64,000 nt of DNA from Felis catus (taxonomy: Eukaryota), in NCBI RefSeq assembly GCF_018350175.1, contig NC_058368.1, forward strand, positions 137,704,001 to 137,768,000, in the 5' to 3' direction. This document shows positions 49,330 through 61,170 of the stretch, piece after piece (the stretch's first letter is position 1; each line of letters begins with the position of its first letter). Position numbers and translations under genes: made by a program. The notes under the pieces are model-generated. The model did not search any database. It saw only the letters and a list, made by a program, of their open reading frames with translations, and was not told where the DNA came from.

Positions 49330-51170
49330 GGATGGAGCTGCCATTCTGCTCCGCGTCCCGCTCTGCACGGTCGCCCACTCACCTCTAGTATTTCTGGCAG
49401 ATTCCACTACAGCCTTTTCCCCCTTGACCTTCACCAGGGGGGCCACAGAGCTCACCCTCCGCTGCCAACAAATAAAACTCATCTGGCGGGCAAGAACCTG
49501 AAGAAAGCGCCCGAGAGGCCCCTCTGGGGACGCGCAGCCCAGTATCAGGGCCCCGCCCCCTCCCTTGTCCCCAGTTCTTCTTGTGCTGGTGGTTCTGGCG
49601 CGGCCCGGCCCGGAGCCAGACAGAATAGGAAGCTGTGCGGCCAGCTGGGACCCTCTCCTCTGGAGCCTGGCCCGCGGGCGGAGAAGATCCCGGGGCCCAG
49701 GACGCACGCTGTGCTGTAGCGGGAAGCGCGCCCCGACCGTCCCCGCGCACCGTTCGCGCTATTGAAGCCCTAACCCCGAGGGTTCGCGAGCTGCTTCCGC
49801 CCAGTGGGTACGAACCCGGGCTGTCCTAAATTCATTTTTTTCCCCTCCCTTATAGTCTGTTAAATTGACTAATAAACTCAACACAGCGTTCTCTGTGCGG
49901 CTTCAAAAAACTCGGTAATTTCGTTAGAAAACGTTGAAATTCAACCCCGAAGTATTCAGTCCAAATGTTTAGTTAAAGTAACCCCGTGGGTTAATAAACT
50001 AAACAAAGGCAACCCATGCAAAACTGGAGCAATGAAAACCAGGCTAAATAAACGAAGGGAAGTTTATAAGAACCCTCTCGGAGAAAAAAAAAAGAGAAAA
50101 GGCACCGGGCACGAAGGTTTAATATGAAGCATGTGAGCGGGGCTCAGCTTACAGGTACGCGGGCCGACGCCGAGGAGCGCTGTCAAGCGGCCTCGTGGAT
50201 TTCGGGTTGCTTTGCGCCTCCCGGGAAACCCTACCCGGGCGCCGCGAGCAGCCTGGCGGCGCGGGCGGCTGCGAGCTTCCCGCTCGGCCACTAGGCGCCC
50301 AGCCGGGCCCAGGGCGCTCGGCCAGCAAAGCCCGGCAGCAGAGCCGTGCGCCTAGGGCGCGGTGCGCGCCAAGCCACCCTGCGGTGGCGCTCTTCCCTCC
50401 CGGGAAGGGCGGCGTTAGCTCGCTTTAAAATAACCCTGAGTGAGGAGCACTTTGCAGTTTGGAGATGCAGACATAAAACAGTGGGTTCCGCGCGCACAGA
50501 CGGTCTCTCTGCCTCCCCTCTCGCCCCCGGTGGGTAGCAGGGGAGTAACAAAGACGCTGCCGCGCCGCTGACGCCGAACAATCTCTGATGCAGGAAGAGG
50601 GTAGGCGTAGGGGAGACGTGTCTTACTTTTTTTTTTTTTAAACGTTGCCTTTACGTTCCCGAAAAGAAGCCGAGGAGGTAGGAGGGAGAGAGAACTAGAA
50701 AAAGCCAGGCCCAGAAATCAGGAGCCACTGTTTCTCGTTTGGGAGAAAAACTGTCTAACAGCTCGGTCACTTGTCCACCTCGCCCTCAAAGCAGGTTCGA
50801 CCGTGAAAAGAAAAAGGCGGGCGAAGGAGGAGGTTTATTTTTCAGACCCCCGTAACTTCCCTCTCCCGGGCTCCTTCACCCCAGCCCCCCTCCGGTTTCT
50901 AGGAGGGGCGTCCCCCAGTCCCCGGAGCCGATTCTGGGAGCGCCGCTCAGAGATCAGAGGCAATACAGGTTCGATGCTAAATGAACCTTCAGGCGGCGGC
51001 ACAATGGCCTGGACCTCACACGGGGGCACCGCGCCTTCCCCCAGCCGCGCTCAGCTCCCGCGGCTTCTTTATTCCACGTGGTGAATCCCGCGCGGCTCCT
51101 ACCGCCGAGGAACCAATGGGCCGACCCGGGGAGAGCAGGGCGCGCAGGAGAGGGCCTGAAAGGAGGTGTG
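49330..51170. promoter_or_regulatory. CpG island segment 1 (orphan promoter/enhancer-like)
   Basis: Dense undepleted CpG and GC-rich sequence, repeat-free; GC box ccccgccccc at 49551-49560, CACGTG at 51075-51080, CCAAT near 51113; embedded AT-rich core at about 49830-50130. Confidence 0.85.
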
Positions 51171-51959
51171 GGTTTTAATTTTTAAAGAGCATAATTGGGC
51201 TGAGGAGGGTTATTTTTTCGCTGACCAAGGGGGAAAAAAGAGGAAGAAGGGGGGAAAAAAGGCGAAATACAACACATTTATCTATCAACCGCTAGACAAG
51301 ACAAAGAGGTTTTAACAACAGTTTGAAAAGAGCGGCCTGTGAATGGTTACTATTCAATTTGTATTTTATTCCCCGCTGGTCATGGAATTGAGATCAGAAG
51401 AAAAAGTGAAAACACATGGCTGAGGTCAGGGGATCAGAGAACCACCACATACAGCAAAGGGAAGGGAAAGCAATGGGAACTCGTGTGAAGAAATGGATTA
51501 TATAAACAGAGCTTACCATCGCCTGCGCCCCATTATCCTATAATTTACCCTGCATGGGAGCATAGAAATATATTAAACTAGTGATAGGTTTTACCATTTC
51601 TTTACAACCCAGCCTCGTGCCAATCAAGCCTACTATATACTTTGAGACATGTTTAGAATTCTTGAACTAATGTGTTTATTTTAAATATCACAGGGAAATT
51701 ATTACATCACCAGAAAATAATGCCAGAGCGGGGGTCTGCCGCCCTTTTGAAGTCCTGCTGCAACGAGACATGATTTTAATTACATAATCACTTTGAAACT
51801 ATAATTATACAATAAACGATGAGGATTAAGCGGGAAGTATAGAGTACATTAAAAATTGCTTAGGTCTTGAGAAAACAAACTGAACATGCAGGGGGAAAAG
51901 AAAGAGATGAAATCTGAGGTCCTGGGGAGGGGGTTTGATAAATCTTGCAATCGCCTTCC

Positions 51960-52520
51960 TCTGGGCTTCGGTTGTGACCGGGGCCTGGTGCTCGCGCTGC
52001 CCAGTCTGAGGGAGGGTGGGTGGGCAGGCGGGTGGCCCGGACCGTGTCGCCGAGGAGAAACCCGTAAATCTGAGACAGAATCAAAGAGAAGCCGGAAAGA
52101 CGGCTCTGGTGCTTTTGCTAACCTTCCTACACCAAAACAAATAAACAGAGTCGTTGCTGTGGCATTTAAGAAATTCGTGTACGTTGAAAACCGTCAGGTA
52201 TCGGAATGCCAGGGGGAGGTTGAGCGTTGCGAAAGATTGGTTTTTTGTTTTGTTTTTTTTTGTTGTTGTTGGTTTTTTTCGCCCTTCCATTCCACGAGGA
52301 AAGGCATCCAGCACCGACCGCGTCCTCGCGGGCGCAACGAGTTTATAAACAACCGCGCGTCGGTGGCGCGGGCAACCCAGCGCGCCCGCGAACAGCTCCG
52401 GGTGCGCCTGGTTCCCGGGACGCACACTCTGCCTAGCATCCGCTTTTTCGTCCGAGGCCCCCCCTTCCCGAAAGCTGCCCGGATGAAGCTTAATTTGGGG
52501 TTTGTCTTTCCGGTGAGGCC
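51960..52520. promoter_or_regulatory. CpG island segment 2
   Basis: CpG-dense (cgtcctcgcgggcgcaacg, aaccgcgcgtcggtggcgcggg); palindrome gtttataaac at 52341-52350. Confidence 0.75.
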
Positions 52521-53734
52521 GAGGTGGAGGCAGGTCTTCCTTTAGAAGGCAGCAACTTGGTTCCACCTAGAGCTCACCCTGGGGCATCTCTCTCTCTCTC
52601 TCCTCAGCTTCCCTCTGTCCCCAGAACTTCAACACAGCCCAAGATGCTGGAACCCAGCCCTGGACGCTAGTCCTTCTCCTGTTCAGATCCTGATCGGGTG
52701 CCCTTCACTGAAAACCCGTGGAGGAAGGTTTGGGCCTGGACACGAAGTCCCTAATGAATTTGGAACCATGCTAGGGACAGAAATCTCCGACTGAATTGCA
52801 CAGGTAGAGGCTGGTGACTATCTTTTTTTTCAGTGGCACCTACTTTTACCGTCGGTGTTTTGTCAGGCCAGCAGCGCCCCAGGGAGTAAGGAAGAGGGCA
52901 GCCCCAGATGTGGACCTCCTCACCCGCCCTGGCTGGATTTTACGAGACTGCCTTCACCAACGTTCCAGCCAAGGACTGCCTGTGCTCGCCTTTCATACTT
53001 CACAGCAGGTGCCCTGAGTGGGGGAATGGAATGGTGGTTTGGAATGTGGGTGCTGGCCCAGGCAACCTTCCCGGATAAAAAAGGGTTAAATACTCCCAAC
53101 CGAGGCGGAGAGAGGCACCCCAGCACGCGAGGGGCACGCCCGCTTTTCGGTCAGGCAGAAAATGATGATCACAGAATAAGAAATGTTTAAATTCACTCGC
53201 AACCCAGAAGAGGCTTCCCCAGGAACTTAGACATGACGTGTTGGGCAAGAGGGAGAAAGTGGCAAAAAGAACCTTGCCTTGCCGGAGGTTGGGCCTCCTG
53301 GCGGCTCCCAGCCCTGCCGGGGGAGCCCGAAGGCGTGAGGAGAATGGCTGTCTTCAGCTCCAAACCATTAATATTAAGACACATCAGCCTCGCATTAGTC
53401 TGCAGCAGACCATCAACGACCAAGAACAAACACAAAAGAGAAATAAAATAGTTCATCCGAAGAGTCCTACTGTGAATGTGTTTATTTCTTGCTTTACTCA
53501 GCCCAGGATATAATTTACTCACTGCCCTCTTGCAAACAAAAGCGCGGCACTGGCCTGGCAAGGTTGATGAGCCCTTTTCAAAACACCCAAGGAAATTAAA
53601 ACTGGGCACGAATTCAGGGTCCATTTTATATAGAGCCTGTAGCGCCAATGCGTGCAGTTCTTAACCCCAGATGAACACGTGACGACGCCAAGATATTTCT
53701 ATTTGAAAAGGAAGAAGAAGAGGAAAAAGAAGAA

Positions 53735-53785
53735 GAGGAGGAGGAGGAGGAGGAGGAGGAGGAGGAGGAGGAGGAGGAGGAGGAG
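53735..53785 (+). repeat. (GAG)17 within a polypurine tract at about 53705-53815
   Basis: 51-bp perfect GAG array flanked by GAA/GGA. Confidence 0.96.
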
Positions 53786-53989
53786 GAAGGAGAAGAAGAA
53801 GGAGGAGGAGGAGAAATCTGATTCCCAGGGAGTAACAGTAACACTCATATGCATTATTTATCCGCCTCTTGCTTAATACTGGCAAGTTACGCACGTTATC
53901 TCATTTAATAAAGCAACACTCCATATTATATATAATATAGCAACGTTGGTTATAATTCCTACTTTATTAATACTATCTAATACTTATAC

Positions 53990-54172
53990 AGTGGTTATGT
54001 GCCTAGCACTGTGGTGTTTTACATTCATTCATTTATTCCTCCCAACAACCCCATTCGGATAGGAATGTGATCCCCATTTTACAGTTGAGGAATTGGGGCA
54101 AACAGAGATCGTGTAAACCGTCCCAGCTCACAGGGCCATAAATGGCAAGGTAAGGATTGGAACCCAGACTTG
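53990..54172 (-). mobile_element. MIR
   Basis: atcccсattttacagttgaggaattggggc...cccagctcacagggccataaatggcaaggtaaggattggaacccagac. Confidence 0.75.
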
Positions 54173-54179
54173 GAAATCG

Positions 54180-55130
54180 ACACCACGTAAAGAGGGACCG
54201 GGCGGGGAGAAACTGAGGCTTTAGCTGAAGTTCCAGCGAAGACTCCTGAGGAGCCGAGATTGGAAGCCAAGTCGCGGCGAACAGGGATTTCGGTTGGGCC
54301 CCCACCCCCAAAGGGGGCACGGAACCCCAAGCAGTGCGCCGAGGACAGTGAATCGCTCTTGAACCCACAGCGCCTGCCCGTGGCCCGAGTGCTCCGCCCG
54401 GGAGCCAGGGCCAAGGGTGATGTGGCCCGCCGGGCACTGAGCGATTTCCTGCGCCGCCCGATCCTCCGCGGCCTGGGCAGCAGTTTGTTTTCTCAGAGAC
54501 ACAGCTGGGGAACCTCAAGGAAGGGCCGTCCGCCTGGACCCCGGCGCGACCGCCCCCGAGCGCGAGGAGCGGGGGGCACGGGGCTCTGGCCTGCTAGATT
54601 GAGAGAAGAGCGGAGGGGCCTGCCCACAGCTGGCCGGGGGCGCCCTGCCCGCCGCCCAGGGGTGGGCGCGCAGCTGCCTTTGCGCGCGCGAGGGGCTCAG
54701 CTGGCACTTCCCTGGGGGACCCGACCGCGCTCCAGCCACACGACGTGGCCCGGGGGCTGCGGCGTGCGCCTCTCGCTGACGCGCGGCGCGCACCCCGGGG
54801 AGGCGCACCACGTCCCACAGGGTCAGGGCCGGGGAACTTCGCAGCGGCCTTCGCTTCCAGCGCCGGGGACTCGAACTCAAGTCCGAGCACGGCCCACCAG
54901 GGCTGGGGTGGAAAGAGGGGCCGGAAATGGGCCAGGAGGGGGCGGATTGGAGATGGTGTTTGTGCCTTGGTAAAGCCAGCGGGCGGGGGAGAGTCGCCTC
55001 CGCCTTCCGAAGCCTTCCCCATCTCTGCCAGGTGCTCCAGGCAGTGACTACAGACTCTGCGCCACGGAGATTACCTTCTGAGACCACTAGTCCCATTCTA
55101 CCGGCGCAGCCTGAGGGTCGGGTGTGTCTG
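54180..55130. promoter_or_regulatory. CpG island segment 3
   Basis: Very high GC and CpG (ccggcgcgaccgcccccgagcgcg, tgcgcgcgcg, gcgcggcgcgc). Confidence 0.85.
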
Positions 55131-55629
55131 GAGACTTTTTTGTCTCATTTCCTCCTCACAGCTAATAATTTTCAACACAGAAGTTAGACAAGATACTGTC
55201 CTAACTGCTTAGCAGAGTGCCCAGCCCCTCTGGGGACTTAATACATGACAGTTTCCCCCTATTTTATAGGAGGAAGGCACTGAGAGGTTAAACAATCTTT
55301 CCCGGTAGATACAGCCAGGAGGCGCCAGGGATGGGAATGTATCTGTGAACGGTCACCTGACATCAGAACGCCTTTCACTTCCCCAGCGGCAGTGTTTCAG
55401 GAAAACTCAGGATGGGATTTCTGGGCAGAACTGGGGACGGAGGGGGGGGGGGGGGGGAGAAAGAGCCTTTCCAGAAAATCCAAAAGGAAGAATGTCTTCC
55501 TTCCAGAGGGCTGTGAGGGTCTAGTAGGGAAGGGAGATTTGAATGATCATCAGTGTTGTACTCATATGAGAAGCGAATTACTTGAGCGCTAATCACTTGC
55601 TCAGTGCTACGCCGAGCCCTTTACAGACA

Positions 55630-55800
55630 GCCATGTTTTCCATCTTGGCTGCACAGTTGGAATCGCTTGGGGGAATTTTAAAAATCCAGATGCCTGGAGC
55701 AATTAATTCACAATTACTAGGGGTGGGAGCCGGCCATCAGCGCATATGTGTGTTTTAAGCTCCCCAGGTAGTTCCGAAGCGCAGTCATAACTGAGTACTG
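55630..55800. mobile_element. MER5A/B-like hAT DNA transposon
   Basis: cttggctgcacagttggaatcgcttgggggaattttaaaaatccagatgcctg...ttttaagctccccaggtagttc. Confidence 0.7.
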
Positions 55801-57089
55801 CTGCTTTAGGGAAATTCTCTCCTTCGATTCTCACAACAACCCCCACAAGGTAGATACCATGATGATGCCCATTTCATTGGTGAGAAAGCTGAGGCTTAAA
55901 GAGAATCTATATATGGTCCGAGGTCAGCCCAGAGTCAAACATAGATTTCTCTGCTGCCAGACAGCAGGTATCCAGCCTCTTAGAGTCCCTTCTAACTTTA
56001 ACACCTCCCTGGCCCCCAAATTTTACCTCACTGAGGAGATATCCTCAAGTCACAGCAGGCAGAGGTTGGAAGGCCATGGACATTGCAAAGCCTTAGGCAA
56101 AGAACCTCAGACCGCCTATATTCAGAATCTTGAGTAGAGAGGGAAGCCCAATGGGCAGAATGGGGTAAAAATGGCATTGGTGTTCTTTGGAAAGGGTAGG
56201 TCACCAGATGCGCCACAGAGTGCCCTGTTCAGAAAGATGATGGGTGAAGGTTCAAACCCAACCACAAGGGCGCAGTATAGACTCCTGGGGAAGTCTGGGG
56301 GAAGTGAGCACTCAACTAGGAAACCTGACACCTGGCTGGCAGTGTTACCTCCGGCGGCGGCGGAATCCCTTAACCACTGGATCTGTTTCCTCTCCTGTAA
56401 AACACAGTGGTTGGACAGAATTATCTCTAAAGTTGCTTACTGCACATACACTTTATGGTTATTTAAGACCCCCTCCCCCATGAATAAACTCAATTCTGGA
56501 TTACATTAGAATACAAATGACAGGATTTTAGCTTCTTCACCGTCTCTCATTTGCTTTCTCACACCTTCTTTGACAGCAAAAACTGCTACCCCCATTTTGT
56601 CGGGGAAACTGAATGAGGCTCAGGGTTATACTGCTTTCTCTAGTGGTTTCTGATACTATGCCTAGAAACACATCTCCTGTTAGGCCCTCTGCTCATGTCT
56701 TCTTGGTCATTCTGTAGTCAGAGAGCCTCGGGGCATTGGCAGAATGGCAAATTGAGCTTGAGGCCTTCAAAACACCAACATTGCCCCAGAATTCAAGCAG
56801 GGTCACAGGAGGTTTTATGTTGGGAAAGGGGTGGAGGGGTGGAGAAACTGGTCTTCTGAATCAGTCCTTTCTCTCAGCCTCAATTTTTTTCATCTATAGC
56901 CCAAGGATCACTTGTAACTCTCACTGGAGCCACAGATTCATCCGTTAACGGCTGTGAAGATGTTTGAAAAGTCTAAGAGCCAGAGATGTGACTTATTTTC
57001 CTTGAGGAAGGCCTAGTGTGGAGAGGCAAAAGTCCATAGCACTCCAGCTCTCTACATATATGCCTTGTACCTCAGGGTCCTAAAGTCTT

Positions 57090-57289
57090 TATTTTTATTT
57101 TATTTTATTTTATTTCATTTTAGAGAGAGAGTATGTGAGAGAGACAGAGAGAGAAAGAGAGAGAATCCCAAGCAGGCTCCACACTCAGCATGAAGCCCAA
57201 TGCTGGGCTTGATCCCACGACCCTGGGATCATGACCTGAACAGAAATCAAGAGTCAGATGCTCAACCAACTGAGCTACTCAGGTGCACC
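57090..57289 (-). mobile_element. Older Can-SINE
   Basis: (tattt)n tail, GA tract, gatgctcaaccaactgagctactcaggtgcacc. Confidence 0.92.
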
Positions 57290-57479
57290 TTAGTCTCCTA
57301 ATTTCTGATGGCTCATCAGACTCACCTGGGAGGATTTAAAAATAATCATGTCCAGGTCTCAATCAGATCAACTAAATCAATAGCTAAGGTGGTCAAGTTC
57401 ACACATGTTTTTTTTTTTTTTTTCTTTAAAGCAACTATGACTCTAATATCCAGCCAGAGTTGAAAGCAATTGTGATAGA

Positions 57480-57950
57480 TGTTTATAGAGCATCCATGAA
57501 GAGGCCAATGGTCAGCACAGAACTTTAAGGAAACAAGTCTGTTTGGAGATCTACATCTAAGGCTGAAGCCAGGTGGGCGTATGCGATTGCTCAGGAAAAG
57601 AGTGCAGAGTCTGAAAGAGCTGAAGACAACACCTTAGGAAAGCTCAGCATCAACAATGGAAGAGGATATTATCCAAGAGATTGCTTGGAGGAACGTGAGA
57701 TGCAGGAGAAACACCTGGAGGCATGAAGGGAGAAGAGAATGTCGTGGTGGACAGGGAGGTCAACAGTACACCAGGCTAATTTAAGATTAGGACTGGAAAG
57801 GCTTCATTGGACTTGACCCCTGAGAAGTCCCAGGTGGCCTGAGCAAGAAGAGAAATGAAGTGAGGCCAGGCAAGCTGAACTGCGGTTCACTGAGAAGTAT
57901 CTGGAGATGCGCCAAGAGAGACAAGGAAACTCCTTTCCCCAAGCCAAGGA
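57480..57950 (-). mobile_element. L2 fragment
   Basis: gctgaagccaggtggg...gagctgaagacaacacctt...aagattaggactggaaag...cattggacttgacc. Confidence 0.55.
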
Positions 57951-59829
57951 TTCAGTGAGGATTGCCACAGATCTCCTCCTTGAGAGTGCAAGGGTATCTT
58001 CACCACTCCACTGAAAATAGAAGAAGAATCTAGCTGTGATTTTTGAAGCCCGAATTGAAATGGGTTTCTCTCCCACAGGTATAAACTCCTCCTCAAGCAC
58101 CAAGAGTACTTACCACACGCCAGACGAAAGCTGAGCCAAAACTCGGAGCCAGAACATAGAACCTGTTTAAAACATGCTTGGTTCTCTTCAGAGCCAGTGT
58201 CTAACCATAGTCCGCGGCAGCCAGGGGGCAAAACAAGCAAAACCAGCCACGGCTCCGGGCCACAAGAATCAGTGTGGAAGCTGCCCACCATGGAGGCCTG
58301 ACTCTGCTGCCTGACAGGAAGCCGGGAGAGCAAAACAGCCGATATCCTCTCCAGCATGGCTGACCCCGATAAGGCAACCCAGAGAGCCTACAATGAGAGA
58401 AAACCCCCCAAAACACCAAAAAAGACAGAGAAGCCTTGTATGAATGGCCCAACGCTGTCAAGTAAGACCAAGAACCTGGACGCCACGAAGAGACTGGAGA
58501 ATTACCCTTATCGGTCTCAGGCAGGGCAGAGCCCAGGTCTGAAGCCAGGCGGCAAGGGGTGCGGGCAGCCTGCCTTCTGGTCCCCTCCTTTGCTGCAACT
58601 TGTGTCTTCAGGCCTCCTCCTCTCAAGGCCCTGCCCGCTCTTCCTCTCCCAGCCTGACCCTGTCAAGATCCAGAGAGGCTTCTGAGCTAGCTAGGACCCA
58701 GCAGGCTGCCGGGCCGGGCCTGCAGCATGGAGTTGTGGGAAGAGTCTGGACCAACTCCACCACACTGTCTCCTCCTCAGTTGCCACTTGGCTTACATGTA
58801 AAAGATGAGGCCCAATCGGAACAGCAGCTCCCCTTTGGGAGGGGGGTGGCGACGGGAAAGGGATAGAAGGGGCTGTTCTCTTTCTTGACCCCGGTGTAGG
58901 TTACCTGTTAGGGTTTCAAAAGTTCACCGCGTTTCATGATTTGTGCACTTTTCTGTTTGCATATTGCACTTCAGTGAAATGTTGTTGTTGTTGTAGGTGT
59001 GTGTTTGAAGGCAGCGAGGAGCATGCCCAGTGGCCCACTGTTGCCAGGCCCCAAAATACCACCCTGCTATTTCTCTCTCCCTCCAGGCGATGGCCTACAA
59101 TTTTCCTCTTGCCCTGCAGCCACCACCATGCAATTTGCACCTCGCTAATTTCCTGGCTAAAGCTTAATGTTGTCTGCTCACTGCTCCACCCTCCCCAAAA
59201 GCAGCGACCTGATGTCTGTCCTGCCCCCACACTTTGCTCTCTGGGGCTTCGGGACAGCATCTGATTGGCCCCTCGGGACTGGGATGATCCTTTTTAGAAA
59301 TTCAGCTTTACGGACTCCCATCAAGGGGTGGATGCTCCCTGGTGACATAAAATATTGCAGCTTCCTCCAAGCCCGTGGTATGAATGGAGCTGAGGTGGTT
59401 TTGGAGTTGTTCTGAGCAAGCAAAATATCACATTTCGCTTAGGTTTGAGGGGGTGTCGCTTGGCAGGACCGAGTGATTGACGCTCTTACTCTTCAATTTT
59501 CTGCTCGTTGAAGCGTTAAAGCGGCAACCGTGAAGTCAAGAGGAAGCCAACAGTCTGGGCACAGAGTACTTAATGCCCATCTACAAATAAAAAGCTTTTA
59601 TTAGACCTTCCTTCCTTCTCATTTTGCCTTAGATCTCAAATTATCTTCCACAGGGGCTGGCCAAAAAGCAACGGCAGCGGGCTGTGAAGTTTTTTTGCAG
59701 GCAGCAATGAAAACAGTTGAGCCCTTTATCCTCCATAATGAAGGGTTACAAAGACTATATATAAGTGGTGAGTAAACACCTAAGACTATTTATGCTTCCT
59801 GATTCTTAAGGCGGAGTGAGTTAGTGGGA

Positions 59830-59990
59830 AAATTCACTCGGTTAGATGTCAGAAGAGCTAGGTTCCGGTACAGATTAGCTGTATGACCTCAGATAACTTA
59901 CTGAGACTGGTTGAGCCTCGGTTTCCAATCTCTAAAATGAGAGAGTCGGACTAGATAAGAGTCACGGGTCTTGTGTTGTTAAATGTTCTA
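59830..59990 (+). mobile_element. MIR fragment
   Basis: tagctgtatgacctcagataacttac...gagcctcggtttccaatctctaaaatgagagagtcggactagat. Confidence 0.7.
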
Positions 59991-60802
59991 CTGATCCGTG
60001 ATATTTTTACCCAGCTAAACACACATTCCTCCACCCTCATCAAATGTGTGGTGGGTGGTAAGAAAACAATCCCATCCACGTGGAGGTGAGGGTTCGTTCG
60101 AGAGGCGAGTGTGGATTTAACAGATTCTGTGCGGCCACACTGCTAGGCTCTGTGAACGACACAAAGATGAATCCAATGAAGGTCTCATTCTCAAGGGTCT
60201 GTGCGTAGCCAAACAGTGTACGTGGCATCTCCCTCCTTATTAGTGACCACGTAAACGCCCTCTGATCTGAGCGTGAACAAGACATAAACTTCTGGCCAAG
60301 TGACCGTCCGGAACCAGATTTATGCCCTGACTCCTCCACCATATTGTGTTTAAAAGCCACTCCCGTAAAGTCTCCAACTCTAGATGTTTTACAAGCGTTT
60401 TTGAATGAGCTGATTTAGAAAAATTTGCTTGTTGCAAAACCACATGCAAGTTGACATTTGATTTGCTCTCGACCTTAAATTGCTCAAGGTCTCCCTGGCC
60501 ATTTTAAGGATTTCTGTGTATACACTTGTGTAGGTATGTATGTACATATATATATACACACACATGTGTATATCTACCCACATTGGACACATGCATTTGT
60601 TTGTGCTTCCGGTGGAAAAAAAAATCCTTCTAGCTGAGAGTTACAAGTGTATTTTCACTGTTCTGTGCTTGCACACGTGTATATTTAGCCATGTCCACAT
60701 ACCCCGTCAACTCTTGCCCTTTAGTCTGCGGCCAGGGTGTTCTACCAGTTCTGTCCCCACTAGCTTCTGTTCCAGAAGCTGCCCAGTGGCAAGGTGTCCT
60801 GT

Positions 60803-61170
60803 TAGGACTGGCTCCACAATTTGTGGCATCCACGCAAAACAGAAATGCAAGGCCCCATGTTAAAAAAAAATCATTAAAATTTTCAAGATGCTGGGGCGCC
60901 TGGGTGGCTCAGTCGGTTAAGCGGCCGACTTCAGCTCAGGTCACAATCTCGCGGTCCGTGAGTTCGAGCCCCGCGTCAGGCTCTGGGCTGATGGCTCGGA
61001 GCCTGGAGCCTGCTTCTGATTCTGTGTCTCCCTCTCTCTCTGCCCCTCCCCCGTTCATGCTCTGTCTCTCTCTGTCTCAAAAATAAATAAAACGTTAAAA
61101 AAAAAAATTAAAAAAAAATTTTTTCAAGATGCTGACACCAGAGCATTAAGCCAAGCATGGGGCCCTTCCA
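60803..61170 (-). mobile_element. MER45A-like hAT-Tip100 element interrupted by a SINE
   Basis: taggactggctccacaatttgtgg...aaatgcaaggccccatgtt...ttcaagatgct[SINE]gacaccagagcattaagccaagcatggggcccttc follows MER45A in reverse. Confidence 0.75.
60893..61118 (+). mobile_element. Young felid Can-SINE
   Basis: ggggcgcctgggtggctcagtcggttaagcgg; TSD ttttcaagatgct on both sides. Confidence 0.97.

Noticed and set aside
49141..49750. Overlapping 120-188 aa ORFs on both strands
   Set aside because: Stop-poor GC-rich island sequence; Arg/Pro/Gly-biased, with no domain or clear exon structure
51886..52545. 219-aa ATG ORF
   Set aside because: Crosses a low-complexity T-rich tract and GC-rich island DNA; no recognisable domain
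53626..53894. Poly-R, poly-P and poly-S ORFs resembling transcription-factor low-complexity tracts
   Set aside because: Translations of the (GAG)17 tract with no flanking protein-like sequence
54260..54973. Longest ORF in the window (237 aa)
   Set aside because: Non-ATG start, CpG-island composition, and similarly long ORFs on the opposite strand
49330..55130. Assigning the island to a named developmental gene locus
   Set aside because: No coding anchor in the window, so any name would be a guess
49188..55330. CTCF-like motifs (near 49201, 49433 and 55312)
   Set aside because: Each has several mismatches to the core consensus; not supportable without PWM scoring
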